A stretch of 63,000 nt of DNA, the filler included, from Squatina squatina (taxonomy: Eukaryota): the NCBI GenBank assembly GCA_031763465.1. It is 4 parts of 4 records of this genome, joined end to end, with 100 filler letters (N's around TTAATTAATTAA, not from the genome) between each part and the next. Parts side by side here need not be neighbours in the genome. Positions count along the whole stretch, not along the records: positions 14,203 to 28,948 come from JARFOE010000219.1; positions 29,049 to 48,446 come from JARFOE010000072.1; 2 more parts are not named here. The stretch is one strand, 5' to 3'. Below the pieces are notes generated by a model that saw only the letters and a program-made list of their open reading frames with translations, was not told the DNA's origin and made no database searches. Both the position numbers and the translations under genes were made by a program. Shown here in pieces: positions 26,346 to 38,287 of the stretch. How positions within the stretch are numbered: the stretch's first letter is position 1; each line of letters begins with the position of its first letter.

Positions 26346-27090
26346 ATAAATAAATTGCAAGTAGAAGGATGCTTGAACAAATATTATTCTAAGCAAATTA
26401 AAATAAGCAGATAAACAGAAGAATAAAGTATTACCAGCTCAAACCATATTCATGCTCATAATGCTCCACTCAAAGTAAGCTACTGACCATAGCCATGCCA
26501 TTGTGAGCAGAGGCCAGACATTTGATCTCGTGTTACACATCAGCAACAGAAAAAAGGACAAAAATAGACTTTAGAATTGTAGAACCAGTCTGATTTCACC
26601 GGAATGAAAATCAGATGTATTCTATAACATGGGCAATCTACTCTGCCAGATTACAGCCCACATGAAGACAAACATTTACCCCGGTAATCCAGACTTCTCA
26701 TAAAAACCAGCAGCTGAATAGTGACTTTGAAAATTTGCAGCTTTTATGTATTCAGGGCCTGAACCAGCAACCCTGAAAAGATAAACTGACAAGTCTAAAG
26801 ATCATTTGTGACATCACCACATGGCTAATATCCCATTTCTCAACCTTAAAAAAATGAAACACATGCAAAGTGCCAAAATGCATTTCATGGATATTTCCAC
26901 TCAAGCTTGGCTATGTCACTTGAGTTAGCCCACTTATGAAAATGTCATTATGCAGACCTCCACAAATCTCTTCATCTACACAAGGTATAGNNNNNNNNNN
27001 NNNNNNNNNNNNNNNNNNNNNNNNNNNNNNNNNNNNNNNNNNNNNNNNNNNNNNNNNNNNNNNNNNNNNNNNNNNNNNNNNNNNNNNNNN

Positions 27091-27151
27091 AGATGATGAC
27101 GATCCCAAGTCGATCAACGTGGGTGAAAAAGTTTATTCGCTGGCTCTCCGG
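27091..27151 (+). CDS. WDHD1: WDHD1 (AND-1/Ctf4) WD40 exon, 5'-truncated by a gap
   Basis: DDDDPKSINVGEKVYSLALR followed by a GTACGT donor. Confidence 0.9.
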
Positions 27152-28141
27152 GTACGTGATTGCTTTGCCTTTCAAATAATCCCCCCGGATATAAATTGTA
27201 TATGTCCCGGGTTGACTTCATCTGGTATATAACATTGCAATTCGTTACAGATTTTAACCATTCATTTTAGTAGGTAGTCACCTACATTTGGGAGTGACAA
27301 TTTTCAGCATTATTAACTTTAACAAGTTATGTAAATGCATTTAGGATCTGAAATTAACCATTGAATGCAAATGTTAGGAGGCGTCCTGCTGTTAATGGTC
27401 TTAAGTCAAGTTTTTGAAATCAGAGAATTTGGTTTTATAATGCGGCATGATTAATCAAAAAGAACCACCTGCCAACTTATAACTGAATAATGCTTGAACC
27501 CATACAAACATTGCAGAAAGATTTATAGGATAATGGCAATTGAAGGTTTAAAGTCCAAGTCATTCGACTAAAGCAGCCATGAAAATAGTTGGAGCTATCT
27601 TCTGTACGTCTGTTTATGAGTAAGTACTTCACTTTGAACATTTTTCATATTTGCATTTTTATATTTAATGTCTTTTATTCTGGAACCTCTCAATTGTGCA
27701 TCTTGTGCAAGTTAATGTAGATCCTTTAACCCAATTGTTAATTTTTGCTGAAAATATTTGTAACTTATATTTCATTCCACATTTTTAAAAAAACTGGCAG
27801 CCATTTGTTTCTATTGTGTTGTGATGGCTAAATGACTGTTGCATTAGTGAAGCGTAACTAATCCAGATGGCAAAAGTATGAACCTAAACAAAAAGACAAG
27901 TGATTTTACATAGCCATATGAAAGAAAAGATTCAATATCCAACTTTTATCATGGATGCTTTTTAACCAAATGTGGACTTTAACCTTCCAACTGCAACTTA
28001 AGGAGAAAGAATAAGACAGCTTTTATTATATTTTCAAAAAAAGTTTCTCTTTATAAATGTATAAAGTACTTAAAGAATAAGCCATCATTTATGATTTGAG
28101 ACAATTAATTATCTGAAGAATATTTTTGTTTTTGGTTTTAG

Positions 28142-28293
28142 AATGGGATGCTTGTTACCACTGTTTCTAACAATATTGTTCAAGTCCATTCCTTCCCTGA
28201 GGGTTCACCAGATGGAATTTTAACCCGCTTCACTGCTGAAGCAAACCACGTTGTCTTCAATAACACTGCGACCAGTGTCGCTGCTGGTTCCAG
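28142..28293 (+). CDS. WDHD1: WDHD1 WD40 exon (152 nt)
   Basis: ttttAG acceptor and GTAATC donor; NGMLVTTVSNNIVQVHSFPEGSPDGILTRFTAEANHVVFNNTATSVAAGS(S). Confidence 0.93.
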
Positions 28294-28948
28294 GTAATCT
28301 AATAGAGNNNNNNNNNNNNNNNNNNNNNNNNNNNNNNNNNNNNNNNNNNNNNNNNNNNNNNNNNNNNNNNNNNNNNNNNNNNNNNNNNNNNNNNNNNNNN
28401 NNNNNNNTCGCTGCTACAGTGATGACCAAGATAATGCTATAGATGTAGAATTCCATGATACCTCTGTACATCATGCAATACACTTGAGTAATGTTCTGAA
28501 TCACACCATGGCTGACTTATCACAGGAAGCAGTGCTACTGGCATGTGCAAAAACGGATGAACTGCCCAGGTAAAAATGCAAAGGGAGAGAGATCATATTT
28601 ATCCTTTTTTTAAAAATGTTGAGATTTAGGTTGTGCTGCACCCCTGAGTGTGGATTAAGTGTTTACAGTCACTGTTTGGCTTATAGCATTCATTTTTTAA
28701 AAAAAAATGTATTTCTCTCCTTTTTATGGCTGTGGGCTGAATCTAGCTCATGCACTCCTTGCACTTGGCACATAGTTCCCTTCTTCCATATGCACACATG
28801 AGCAACAAAGGCTTCCCTGAACAGTGCAAACTTCCAGGACCTTGAGGCTTAGAAGAGCTGCTGCCTAATTAGTTCAAAAATGTTTCTTCTTTATTGGTAC
28901 ATTTAGACTAATCAGGAAACAATTTCCAGTTTAAAGGTACTGAAAGGG

Positions 28949-29048
28949 NNNNNNNNNNNNNNNNNNNNNNNNNNNNNNNNNNNNNNNNNNNNTTAATTAA
29001 TTAANNNNNNNNNNNNNNNNNNNNNNNNNNNNNNNNNNNNNNNNNNNN
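28949..29048. other. Artificial scaffold-joining linker
   Basis: N44-TTAATTAATTAA-N44. Confidence 0.95.
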
Positions 29049-30061
29049 CTGAGTTTTTCCAGCATTTTTTGTTTGTATAGTAAATTATTAATATTCATTT
29101 CCAGCAGTCCTAAAGGACTATAACTTTTTTTCACTTTACTCCACAGTATTACACTCCCTAGTGTGGTCGGCTTTACCTCTGCTGCCCAGTTCTATGCTTT
29201 AGAAATTTACATTGTGTTACAGATGCTCCAGGCATTGCATCATAAATTGTGAACAGTGTTCAATACTCAACACAAGATGCTTGAACAAGTCGAGGGAAGT
29301 CCTTGAACAGCTGAGACCTTTCCACACCCTTTCAGAGATGTGATTATCTTGGTGTTGCCAGTGGATGCTGGTAAACTGTTGAGTAACTTCATGTCCTCTA
29401 CGTATCCTCACACATGTGGGCTTAATTTGCCAACATTCCAAGTGACATTTCTGCTCAGTTATGTCTAGTGATCTCTACAGAGATATGTATTCATGTATAT
29501 AGAGATCTGAGAAATCTTTCCAAATCTAGATCCCAAATTCATGCATCTTAGTGTAAGTGCTGCGACGTAAATGTTAGAATCTTTGCCTTTGACCCCCACC
29601 AGATTGTGGCATCAAAGGGGGTCTGGAAGGCATCCGTGTCACAAGCCGTGGGTGTCTGCCAGTACAGTGGAGCCAGAAAAGGCAGTGCTGTTAAGTTGCT
29701 CCAAAAAATGCCTTCATCAGGCCCTTCTGCAGCCATGTCCTCTGGCATAGGACAGCATGTTTGGGGTGGGTGGAGGTTCTGCCTGTGAAAATGCTTCAGT
29801 GATCATTCGGACTTGGTTAGATTTGCATGCCTTCTGCTGCACCCCCATATGCCTTGTGGCAAGAGTGGGATGGGACAGGAAAAAAATAAATGTACAAAGA
29901 TAAATAGTTCTGTAATTGCTTATTCTACTTTGCATTATACCATGCAAATGTTTAGTGCAATTCCATGCCATTAATTTTAAAATGGGTAAATGTACTGTTG
30001 ATGTCCATTTGCTGTTTAAGTATTCACTACAGACTTGTGCTTATTATTTTATGGTTTCTAG

Positions 30062-30144
30062 GTTGTGTGAACAATTTGAACAAGCATCAGTGCACTTATG
30101 GGACCTACTGGAAGGCAAAGACAAGAAAGTTGGGGTCTCAACTT
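30062..30144 (+). CDS. CAPRIN1: Caprin-1 HR1-region exon (83 nt)
   Basis: ctAG acceptor and GTGAGT donor; (R)LCEQFEQASVHLWDLLEGKDKKVGVST(Y). Confidence 0.92.
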
Positions 30145-31500
30145 GTGAGTATGAGTCTAATTTTGTGTCTTTGGCAGGATGACAAAGTGAGGCTGTGACC
30201 AAAGATGGAATATTTTTCTTCAGTTTTTTTTTGTAGNNNNNNNNNNNNNNNNNNNNNNNNNNNNNNNNNNNNNNNNNNNNNNNNNNNNNNNNNNNNNNNN
30301 NNNNNNNNNNNNNNNNNNNNNNNNNNNNNNNNNNNNCATCAAAAAGAAGGAGACACAGATGAATACTGAGTGGAGGAAGTAATTTATATGAACAGGGTAC
30401 AGAGCAGAAAATGGGGCAGAGTCCTGGGGAGCCTGTGAATTAGTGTAGAGTCCAAGTGTGATCCATCAAATATAGCAGAGAGAATAATTTGAGGAAACGG
30501 GATTGCCATGAGCATTGGTTGGATAGGAAGCAGATATAATTTGTTTTGATGTGATTGACCCTGTTCAAAGTCTTTCGTTTATTTATGCATTGCCATTTCA
30601 ATCAGTCCATTATAGATTGTAGCAGAATAAGTGTACAGTAAGCAATTCTTGCAGAATAAAATTTCAGTGAATGCTGACTGGATGAAAAGTAATTTTAAAT
30701 AGTTAATCGGTAGCTTATTAATTAAAAAATATCTAAACATTGTTATAAGACAACTGTGTACAATAGTTGTTGTGGTCAACATTAGTACTGTCCAACATTT
30801 TGGTGATATATATAGCTTTTTTGTAATGCACCTCGAGATGTTTTTTCACCCACATGAAGCTTAACTTGGGCAATGTACGTCATTGGAGTTTTTATTTTGT
30901 CTGTGTTGCATGCAAGTCGGAACTATGGCCAATCCATTTCTCTCTCCTGATTCTAGTCAGTAGAAGTGGCTTACTGCCGAGTTCTAGAGGATAAATTGTT
31001 CTACAAAATGGGATGATTTCAATTTCTGAAGCTCTGGCACTTTCATGAACTTGATTAAACATTTTTGTGATGTATGTATTTTGCTATCTCTGCTACATTT
31101 CCCACTGGAGCATTCGGTTCACACTGGAGGTACCAAGCTTCAAATTTGGCATACGGGAATTTTCTCCCTCTTGGAGATGGGAGCTTGCTTGGGCTTGAAT
31201 CTTGGGAATTAGTCTGTAATTCAGATCTAAAAGGGGCAGGATTTTGTCATTTGAGCTGAGGCTAATTATAATGTTGCATTTATTATAGAAATGAGTTCAA
31301 ACTTCACTGCACATGTTAATTTCTGTGGTATGAAATTGGATAAAGTTCACATGGACTCAAATTCCTGATGAGAACACAGTCTGATTTCGCATGGGTAGAT
31401 GGAAGTGCCTTGGCCTAAGGTGTGCAGGATAAATGACCTCAAAGAATGAGCAGCATAAGTAATTGCTTTCAGAAATACTGAAGTAATTTCTAATTTCCAG

Positions 31501-31635
31501 ACAAGAGCCTGAAGGCAATTGTCAACAGACTCCTACAGAGTGGCTACTTTGACAGCATTCATAATCACCAGAATGGTGTGTGTGAAGAAGAGGAGCCGTC
31601 CCCTGTACCTGTAGAAGAACAGCCTCCAGAACCAG
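31501..31635 (+). CDS. CAPRIN1: Caprin-1 exon (135 nt)
   Basis: ccAG acceptor and GTATAG donor; (Y)KSLKAIVNRLLQSGYFDSIHNHQNGVCEEEEPSPVPVEEQPPEP. Confidence 0.92.
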
Positions 31636-32049
31636 GTATAGAAGGAGTATGGCATTTTCCAGTTAAATAGGGTACTTGAGTATTAATGCATGAATTTTAA
31701 TGTATTACATTGCTTTTTGCTTTGCAGAAGCTTTCCTTCGTGCTGGCTACAAAAACTGTTCTATAGTAGGTCACTAATGGAGTGCCTGGGTTGACTGATA
31801 TTTCCCACCCCAAAACCATAAGCTTGTCAAGCCTGACTGATTCATTAAAATAAGAGATTTAAGTGTAAAATGTTAATGTGGATTTATAAATTGCCCAATT
31901 CCCACCTTTTTATAAATATTATCTCATTCATTTCNNNNNNNNNNNNNNNNNNNNNNNNNNNNNNNNNNNNNNNNNNNNNNNNNNNNNNNNNNNNNNNNNN
32001 NNNNNNNNNNNNNNNNNNNNNNNNNNNNNNNNNNCCTTCTGTTTTGTAG

Positions 32050-32208
32050 GTTGTAAATTCACTGCAGCAACAACCGCAACAGGCACAGCCACCCACAGTA
32101 CCTGAAAACCATGCACTGAACACTGTTGCTCCTTCAGACCCTTTGGTTAGAAGGCAGAGGGTACAAGACCTTATGGCACAAATGCAGGGAACTTTCAACT
32201 TTATACAG
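32050..32208 (+). CDS. CAPRIN1: Caprin-1 exon containing the start of the G3BP-binding motif (159 nt)
   Basis: tgtAG acceptor and GTAAGC donor; VVNSLQQQ...DPLVRRQRVQDLMAQMQGTFNFIQ. Confidence 0.95.
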
Positions 32209-32427
32209 GTAAGCAACTTTTCTTTGGGTTTTAAATCTACTCCAAAGGCTGAAATGTAATGTTTGGGTAAAGCTGTATCTCAATTTAGTATCTTTTTAAA
32301 ATTCCATCTTGTCCCTGAAGCAACTGGCTGCCGTCTGCAACAGTGTTAATTTGTTAGTCACTGGCAGTATTCGCCTTGTTTTCCTCCCTTTGACGCTGGG
32401 GCCATACCTCTTCAAGTTGTAACCAAA

Positions 32428-33222
32428 TCATAGAATGATACAGTAGAGAAGGAGACCATTCGGCCTAAGCTCTTCTGTAGGGCTTATCCAATTAGTCCCA
32501 CTTCCCTGCCCTTTCCCCGTAGCCCTACAATTTTTTCCACTTCAAGTATTTATCTAATTCCCGTTTGACAGTTACTGTTGATTCTGCTTCAATGTATTCC
32601 AGATCACAACTCGCTGCGTAAATTTTTATCACTCGTGTCGCTTCCAGTTCTTTTGTCTAACACTTTAAATCTTGGTCCTTCTGTCACTAGAAACACCACC
32701 TCTGCTTTTCCAGTCTCCACATAACTGAGGTCCCTCATCTGTGGTACCATTCTAGTAAATCTCTTCTGCACCCTCTCTAAGATCTTGACATCCTTCCTAA
32801 AGTGTGGTGCCCTAATTGAACACAATAGTCCAGTTGAGACCTAACCAGTGTTTTATAAAGGCTTAGCATAACTGCCTTACTTTTGTACTGTACGCCACTA
32901 TTAATAAAGCCTCTCTTAATGTCTCAAGTCCTGCCACCTTCAAAGACTTGTGCAGATACACCCCCGGGTCTCTGTTCCTGCATCCCCTTTAAATTTGTAC
33001 GTTTTAGTTCATACTGCCTCTCATTCTTCCTACCAAAATGTATCACTTCACACATCTGTTAAATTTCATCTGCTTTGTATGCCAATTTGTCTGTCCTCCT
33101 GGAGTTTTAGTATCCTCATTGTTTACTTCATTTCTGTGTTTCGTGTCATCTGCAAACATTGAAGTTAAGCCCTGTATACCCAAGTCCAGATCATTAATAT
33201 ATATCAAAGAGCAGTTGTCCTA
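32428..33222 (-). mobile_element. CR1 LINE 3' fragment
   Basis: APHFRKDVKILERVQKRFTRMVP, a KFADDTK-like motif ('gtgtcatctgcaaac') and the CR1 3' tail. Confidence 0.88.
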
Positions 33223-33394
33223 ATAATTTTAAAACTGAATTGGGCAGAAACTTACAGGGTTACGGACAAAAAGCAGGGATGTGGAACTAAGCACTACTGC
33301 TCTTTCACGACTGGCCGAATGGCCGCCTGTGCTATAAGTTTCTGTGATTCNNNNNNNNNNATCAAAAGCACTACCCTCATCAACTCTGTTACTT

Positions 33395-33710
33395 CAGTGG
33401 ATCAGTGGGATATACATTCTTTGGTGTACTGAGCTGCACAGACTAAGGTTGCAGGCTCAATTCTGGTGTGAGATTCAACTCAAATTGGCTAGTGTGGCAG
33501 CTAGGATACTATATTTGGACTAGCTATCCCTAGAATGTGGAGAAAAAATATCAGCTAAGCTGATGTTTGAAGTACTCGTGTGCGGATGTTCAGTCGAGGA
33601 GGGATTGAGCTTGGCTGTGATTGCTCGAAGAGTCGTAACCGGCTGATGCTCAGCGTCCAAACTCGTATGTGAACATTAGCCAATTCAATAAGATTCTGGA
33701 ACACCACTAC
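33395..33710 (+). mobile_element. LF-SINE-like element (degenerate); a similar head lies at 11915-12011
   Basis: 'gtactgagc...cagac...agg...caggct' head and 'ggattgagcttggctgtga' core recalled from LF-SINE-like repeats. Confidence 0.45.
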
Positions 33711-33839
33711 TAACCATGAAAGTGTGCCTCAGCATCACGTACAGCCTTGTTGAGAAGGAAAATGGGTTGTTCCAAGTTCATGATGAATATTTGTTTTATT
33801 TTGGGTTTCAGTGCAAACCCACTAGCTTCTCTCTCAGTA

Positions 33840-34020
33840 CCTGTTTTTGTTATGTTGATTGAAGGATAAATATTGACCAGGACACCGGGGATAACTCTCC
33901 TGCTCCTCCCCAAAATAGTGCCATGGAATCTTTTACGTCCACCTGAGAGGGCAGACGGGGCCTCTGTTTAACGTCTCATCCGAAAGACGGCACCTCCGAC
34001 AGTGCAGCACTCCCTCAGCA
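33840..34020 (-). mobile_element. Deu-domain SINE fragment (little diverged)
   Basis: 'gtccacctgagagggcagacggggcctc...acgtctcatccgaaagacggcacctccgacagtgcagcactccctcag'. Confidence 0.8.
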
Positions 34021-35098
34021 NNNNNNNNNNNNNNNNNNNNNNNNNNNNNNNNNNNNNNNNNNNNNNNNNNNNNNNNNNNNNNNNNNNNNNNNNNNNNNNN
34101 NNNNNNNNNNNNNNNNNNNNGTGTATGGAAACACTGTTTCTGACGAAGTGATGAGAGTAAAGCAGGAGCAGTGCCAAGGACTTCCTTGACCACTGTCAGA
34201 CTTCCTCTTCTGCCTGTCTCTCTTCACCCGCCCCCCCACTGCCGCCTCCTCGTTAATTTTGTGTGCTCCCCCATTTGGGAACTGCTGAAGTAAAGGGAAT
34301 TTTACTTTACATTTTGCTATGCTGTTACAAATTGCTAATATTGCCTATAAACCTTCAAATCTGTCCTGTATCCAATACCTCGACCTCTGGTCTTTATAGA
34401 GATGTTCCACAGAAAAAACAAGGTTATAAAGTATGCTGTTTTTAAAAAAAAAAATTGATTTTGTATCATTAACACTGCCATTGTAAAGTGCCTGATCTCC
34501 TTGATTGTAAAGCTGCTTTCTCATTCAAAGCATTGTATTTTATTTGAGTCATCATCTCTATTGCATTAAGATAACATCTTTGGTTTTATGATTCTAGCCA
34601 AGTATAGCACAACCAAAAAAGTTCACCGTTGTAGAGATTGAATCTACCTACAGTTATTGCTAGGAATCATGTACCATTTTCATTACTTAATGTTTAAATT
34701 TCTTGCATAATTATTGTAACTCATTGCCTAAACAAGTGAATTTAGGTGCTGCAAGGCTAATTCAAGGTTCCACTTGCATACTGAGAATATTTGGGGCGTG
34801 GTGAAGAAAAACCTTTTTAAATGTATTAAACATATGCTGTCTTTACTTTTTTAAAGTCCTAACTAAGTCTTTACAATATCAAATTTTAATCTATATAGAA
34901 TTGAGATTAGGTGAATAGACTAAAGAATTTTAGTTGGCAGAATGGTTTTGTGTGTACCTCCTATGCGGGTGTGGAAACTTGCATTCACAAGTAGTAATAA
35001 CTGTAGTAGAGCCTTTGTATTTTCCCTTTTTTTTGGTGTTGTGCAATCCATAGGCACTTAAGTTTTCCCCCTTTTTTTTATTTCCTTTCATCATTAAG

Positions 35099-35209
35099 GT
35101 ACCTTTGGTATCTTCCACAACTGAACCATACACACCATCTCAGCCTATGTACCAGCCTTCCCATGTGTCAGAGCAGCGAACCCAGAAAGAATCTATGGAA
35201 TCTATTCAG
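35099..35209 (+). CDS. CAPRIN1: Caprin-1 exon (111 nt)
   Basis: aAG acceptor after a long pyrimidine tract and GTAACT donor; VPLVSSTTEPYTPSQPMYQPSHVSEQRTQKESMESIQ. Confidence 0.92.
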
Positions 35210-36030
35210 GTAACTGCAACATGAGTACACCAATATTGTACAGAAAAGCTAGTCCTTATCACCTCATTCTTTTATTTTTTTTCAAAAATCTACACACTTT
35301 CAAAGTAAGCATTATGTAGCAACGTTAGGGATTATCCAGCTCCACTTCCAAACTAGTAAGCATGATGAAATGCCCAGTGTCATTTACCCCTAAAAAGTGC
35401 TATTTCGATTGCCCTTGCAAGGTGCCATAATAGTGTTTTTAAAAAAAAAACTGTCTACTCCAATCAGTTCAGCGGATTCATCCACTCATTTTTATTGAAT
35501 GGCTTGTTTTAGTTCTGTTATCCAAGCATCAGTTTTCTTAGCCCAGTCATACCATGTTGGGAGTTATTGTTGATTNNNNNNNNNNNNNNNNNNNNNNNNN
35601 NNNNNNNNNNNNNNATTGGGAAATTCAATGATTTGATTTCTCTCTGAATTCCAAATAGGCATCAGAACTAGGATCATAGTTGTATATAGATTTAAGCCAC
35701 CATGTTCATAGATGATGCAGTTAAAAGGGAACTTTGTAAATTATCTTTCCAACTCCCAATAAATCATGACGAGCTTTTTTTTTTGGTGTGGCTTTGTAAC
35801 AGACGGGTGTGCATAGGCATGTCTATTTACAAGCGCATCCTATTCTGGGAATAGCACAACAAACTACTAACAGGAAATTCTTGTTCGCTATGGCTGCATC
35901 TCACTGCCACCTGTATAGAACTGTGCTAAGGTTGAATATGCCCTTTCAAAGCATTTAACAGTTGCCTGTGAGTGGTTTGGTAGCTTTATTAACTTTTTTG
36001 TATTGGTCTTCAAACTTCTGTACCTCATAG

Positions 36031-36180
36031 ACTACAATGTCGCTGACCTCTGAACAGCCCCCAGCATCAACAGCACTTCCTGTTGCTTCCCAGTCACAAG
36101 CTTTCAAGGCTCCTCCTAGCAAACCCCTCCACAGCAGTGGCATAAATGTGAATGCTGCTCCATTCCAGTCAATGCAAACG
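36031..36180 (+). CDS. CAPRIN1: Caprin-1 exon (150 nt)
   Basis: catAG acceptor and GTAAGA donor; TTMSLTSEQ...SKPLHSSGINVNAAPFQSMQT. Confidence 0.94.
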
Positions 36181-36424
36181 GTAAGATGGGCTTTATTTTG
36201 ACAGTTCTTAGCCAAATCAAACCTTGACTGAGTTTGACCAGAAATGGACCATTTAGCAACAGTATTATAGAATAAAATAATTCTGTACATCTTCGTGCAT
36301 TTAGAAATAAACCATCTACCTAAAAGTAAGTTTTGATTTTGATACTTTTGCATGAAGATCATTCAGAACAAAACCTGAAAATGACTTTTTCTTAGCAGAG
36401 GTTGAATGCAATAAAACAATATTA

Positions 36425-36555
36425 ACTTTTCAAAGCTATTAAGTTGTATAGATCCTTGGTGAGACCCCATCTGGGGTATTGCATACAGTTTTGGGCACTG
36501 TACCTCTGGAAGGATATATGGGCCTTGGAAGACCGTGGGAAAGGGAAGATGCGAT
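36425..36555 (+). mobile_element. CR1 fragment
   Basis: LYRSLVRPHLGYCIQFWALYLWKDI, the CR1 C-terminal motif. Confidence 0.8.
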
Positions 36556-38133
36556 AAGAGATTGAGCGTTGAGGCTGTGGGAAGAAACAAAGAGGGGAGA
36601 AACTTGAGCCGGGGGGGGGCAGCGGTGGGCAAGATGTAAATTAGTGGTGAGGCCCACCAAGCTTGAGATGGTGGCGGTATAATGGGAAAACACAAAGATT
36701 GGAGGGAACACGGACATGGTTACACGGGTATGGCAGAGTTTAATCTAGACATGGCTGGGACGGGGCAATATTAAACGGTCCAAAGTTGAAGTCAGTCAGT
36801 CAGGCTGGTGTGGTGGGGTGAAGTCGCATTAGACACCGTGGAGTCAATTGGGGGAGCAGCTAGCAAACATTCTTGAGGTTTGGAGTCAGTAGTGAAGAAG
36901 AGGTGCATCAAGGAGCTGTTGGAGGGGCAGAGTATCAGCTAATGGATGTTGTCAAGTGCATGCAGTGAGTGGAAAGATGATCCAGCAATAATTGATCCCA
37001 GGGTCCAGCAGTGGCAAGTAGTGGGTTCAGTTTGTGTTGTATGCCATTAGAGGTGGAGGAGCAGTAAGACTTAAACCTGGGGACCAGGAGCAGTGAAGAG
37101 CTGAGAAAAGGTGAAGGATGAGCAAATCCGATCAGGAGATTGAGATGTTGATCCAACCCAGTCCAGCAAAGTGTGGTGGTGAAGTTCTGAAGGTTGATTG
37201 GAGCCGAGCAGAGCTAGCAACAGTGGAGATCCTACTCAATGTGCAGAAACACGGCAGGTCATGCAATAGCATCCAGCAGAAAGAAATCTAGGGTACCGTC
37301 AGCAGGTGGGAGATAGTTCAGGAGCAGATTACTTTAAACTTGGAAGTATTGAATTGGCAGAGCAGAGGCATAAACTAGTATGGTAAAGTCAGGGAAATCA
37401 AATAAAACAAAGGTCCCAGCAGTCAAAGCCAAACGCAGAATNNNNNNNNNNNNNNNNNNNNNNNNNNNNNNNNNNNNNNNNNNNNNNNNNNNNNNNNNNN
37501 NNNNNNNNNNNNNNNNNNNNNNNNNNNNNNNNNNNNNNNNNTTTGATAAGGATACCTTTACTCCTTTAACTGTCTAAAACGTTAACTGTCTTTTACTGCA
37601 TGCAATAATTACCTTTGCTAATGAATTTTAGTTTGTTGACTAAACCGATGTATAGCTCAAAATACCATTCTGATTTTGAAAGATTTGAGTGGACAATATT
37701 GCCTGGCATATTTCCACTTGCAAATTGATCTTTACAGATTAACCACTTTTATGTTGTATAAATGCAATATTTAAAGAGTCAAAGATTAGTAAATGCCATA
37801 AGTGCTCATATGAGGAATTAAANNNNNNNNNNCAGTATTGAAGAAATATCTGTGTTGAGCTGTCCTGAATTCAGTTGTGCTCCTGTTCATGTGATTTACA
37901 ATACTTAACCCTATTTCCAAAAGGTGTTCTGATTTTTTTTTTAATTTTCTATTTTTTGCCTCCATCTTGCATTTGACTTTTTATCACAATATTTAGGCTA
38001 CTGTTCTATTGCCTGTTTCAGACAGATGTTGCTAGCAAAGGCACAGGGTCCAGTAGAGCTACCTTTTCAAATGATGCTAATTTTCTCCCTTTTTCTTTCT
38101 CAACCCCACCAATCTTGTTTATTAAAAAAAAAG

Positions 38134-38287
38134 GTGTTTAATATGAATGCACCAGTGCCTCCTGCCAGTGACCCTGATGCCCTCAAGCAGCAGAGCCCAT
38201 ATCAGGCCAGCTATAGCCAAGGTTTCAGCAGCCAGCCTCCACATCAGGTGGAACAGCCTGAATTGCAGCAGGAAACGCTTACAACTG
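38134..38287 (+). CDS. CAPRIN1: Caprin-1 exon (154 nt)
   Basis: VFNMNAPVPPASDPDALKQQSPYQASYSQGFSSQPPHQVEQPELQQETLTT followed by a GTAAGA donor. Confidence 0.94.

Noticed and set aside
35955-36362. 135-aa minus-strand ORF
   Set aside because: Antisense shadow of a CAPRIN1 coding exon plus intron sequence
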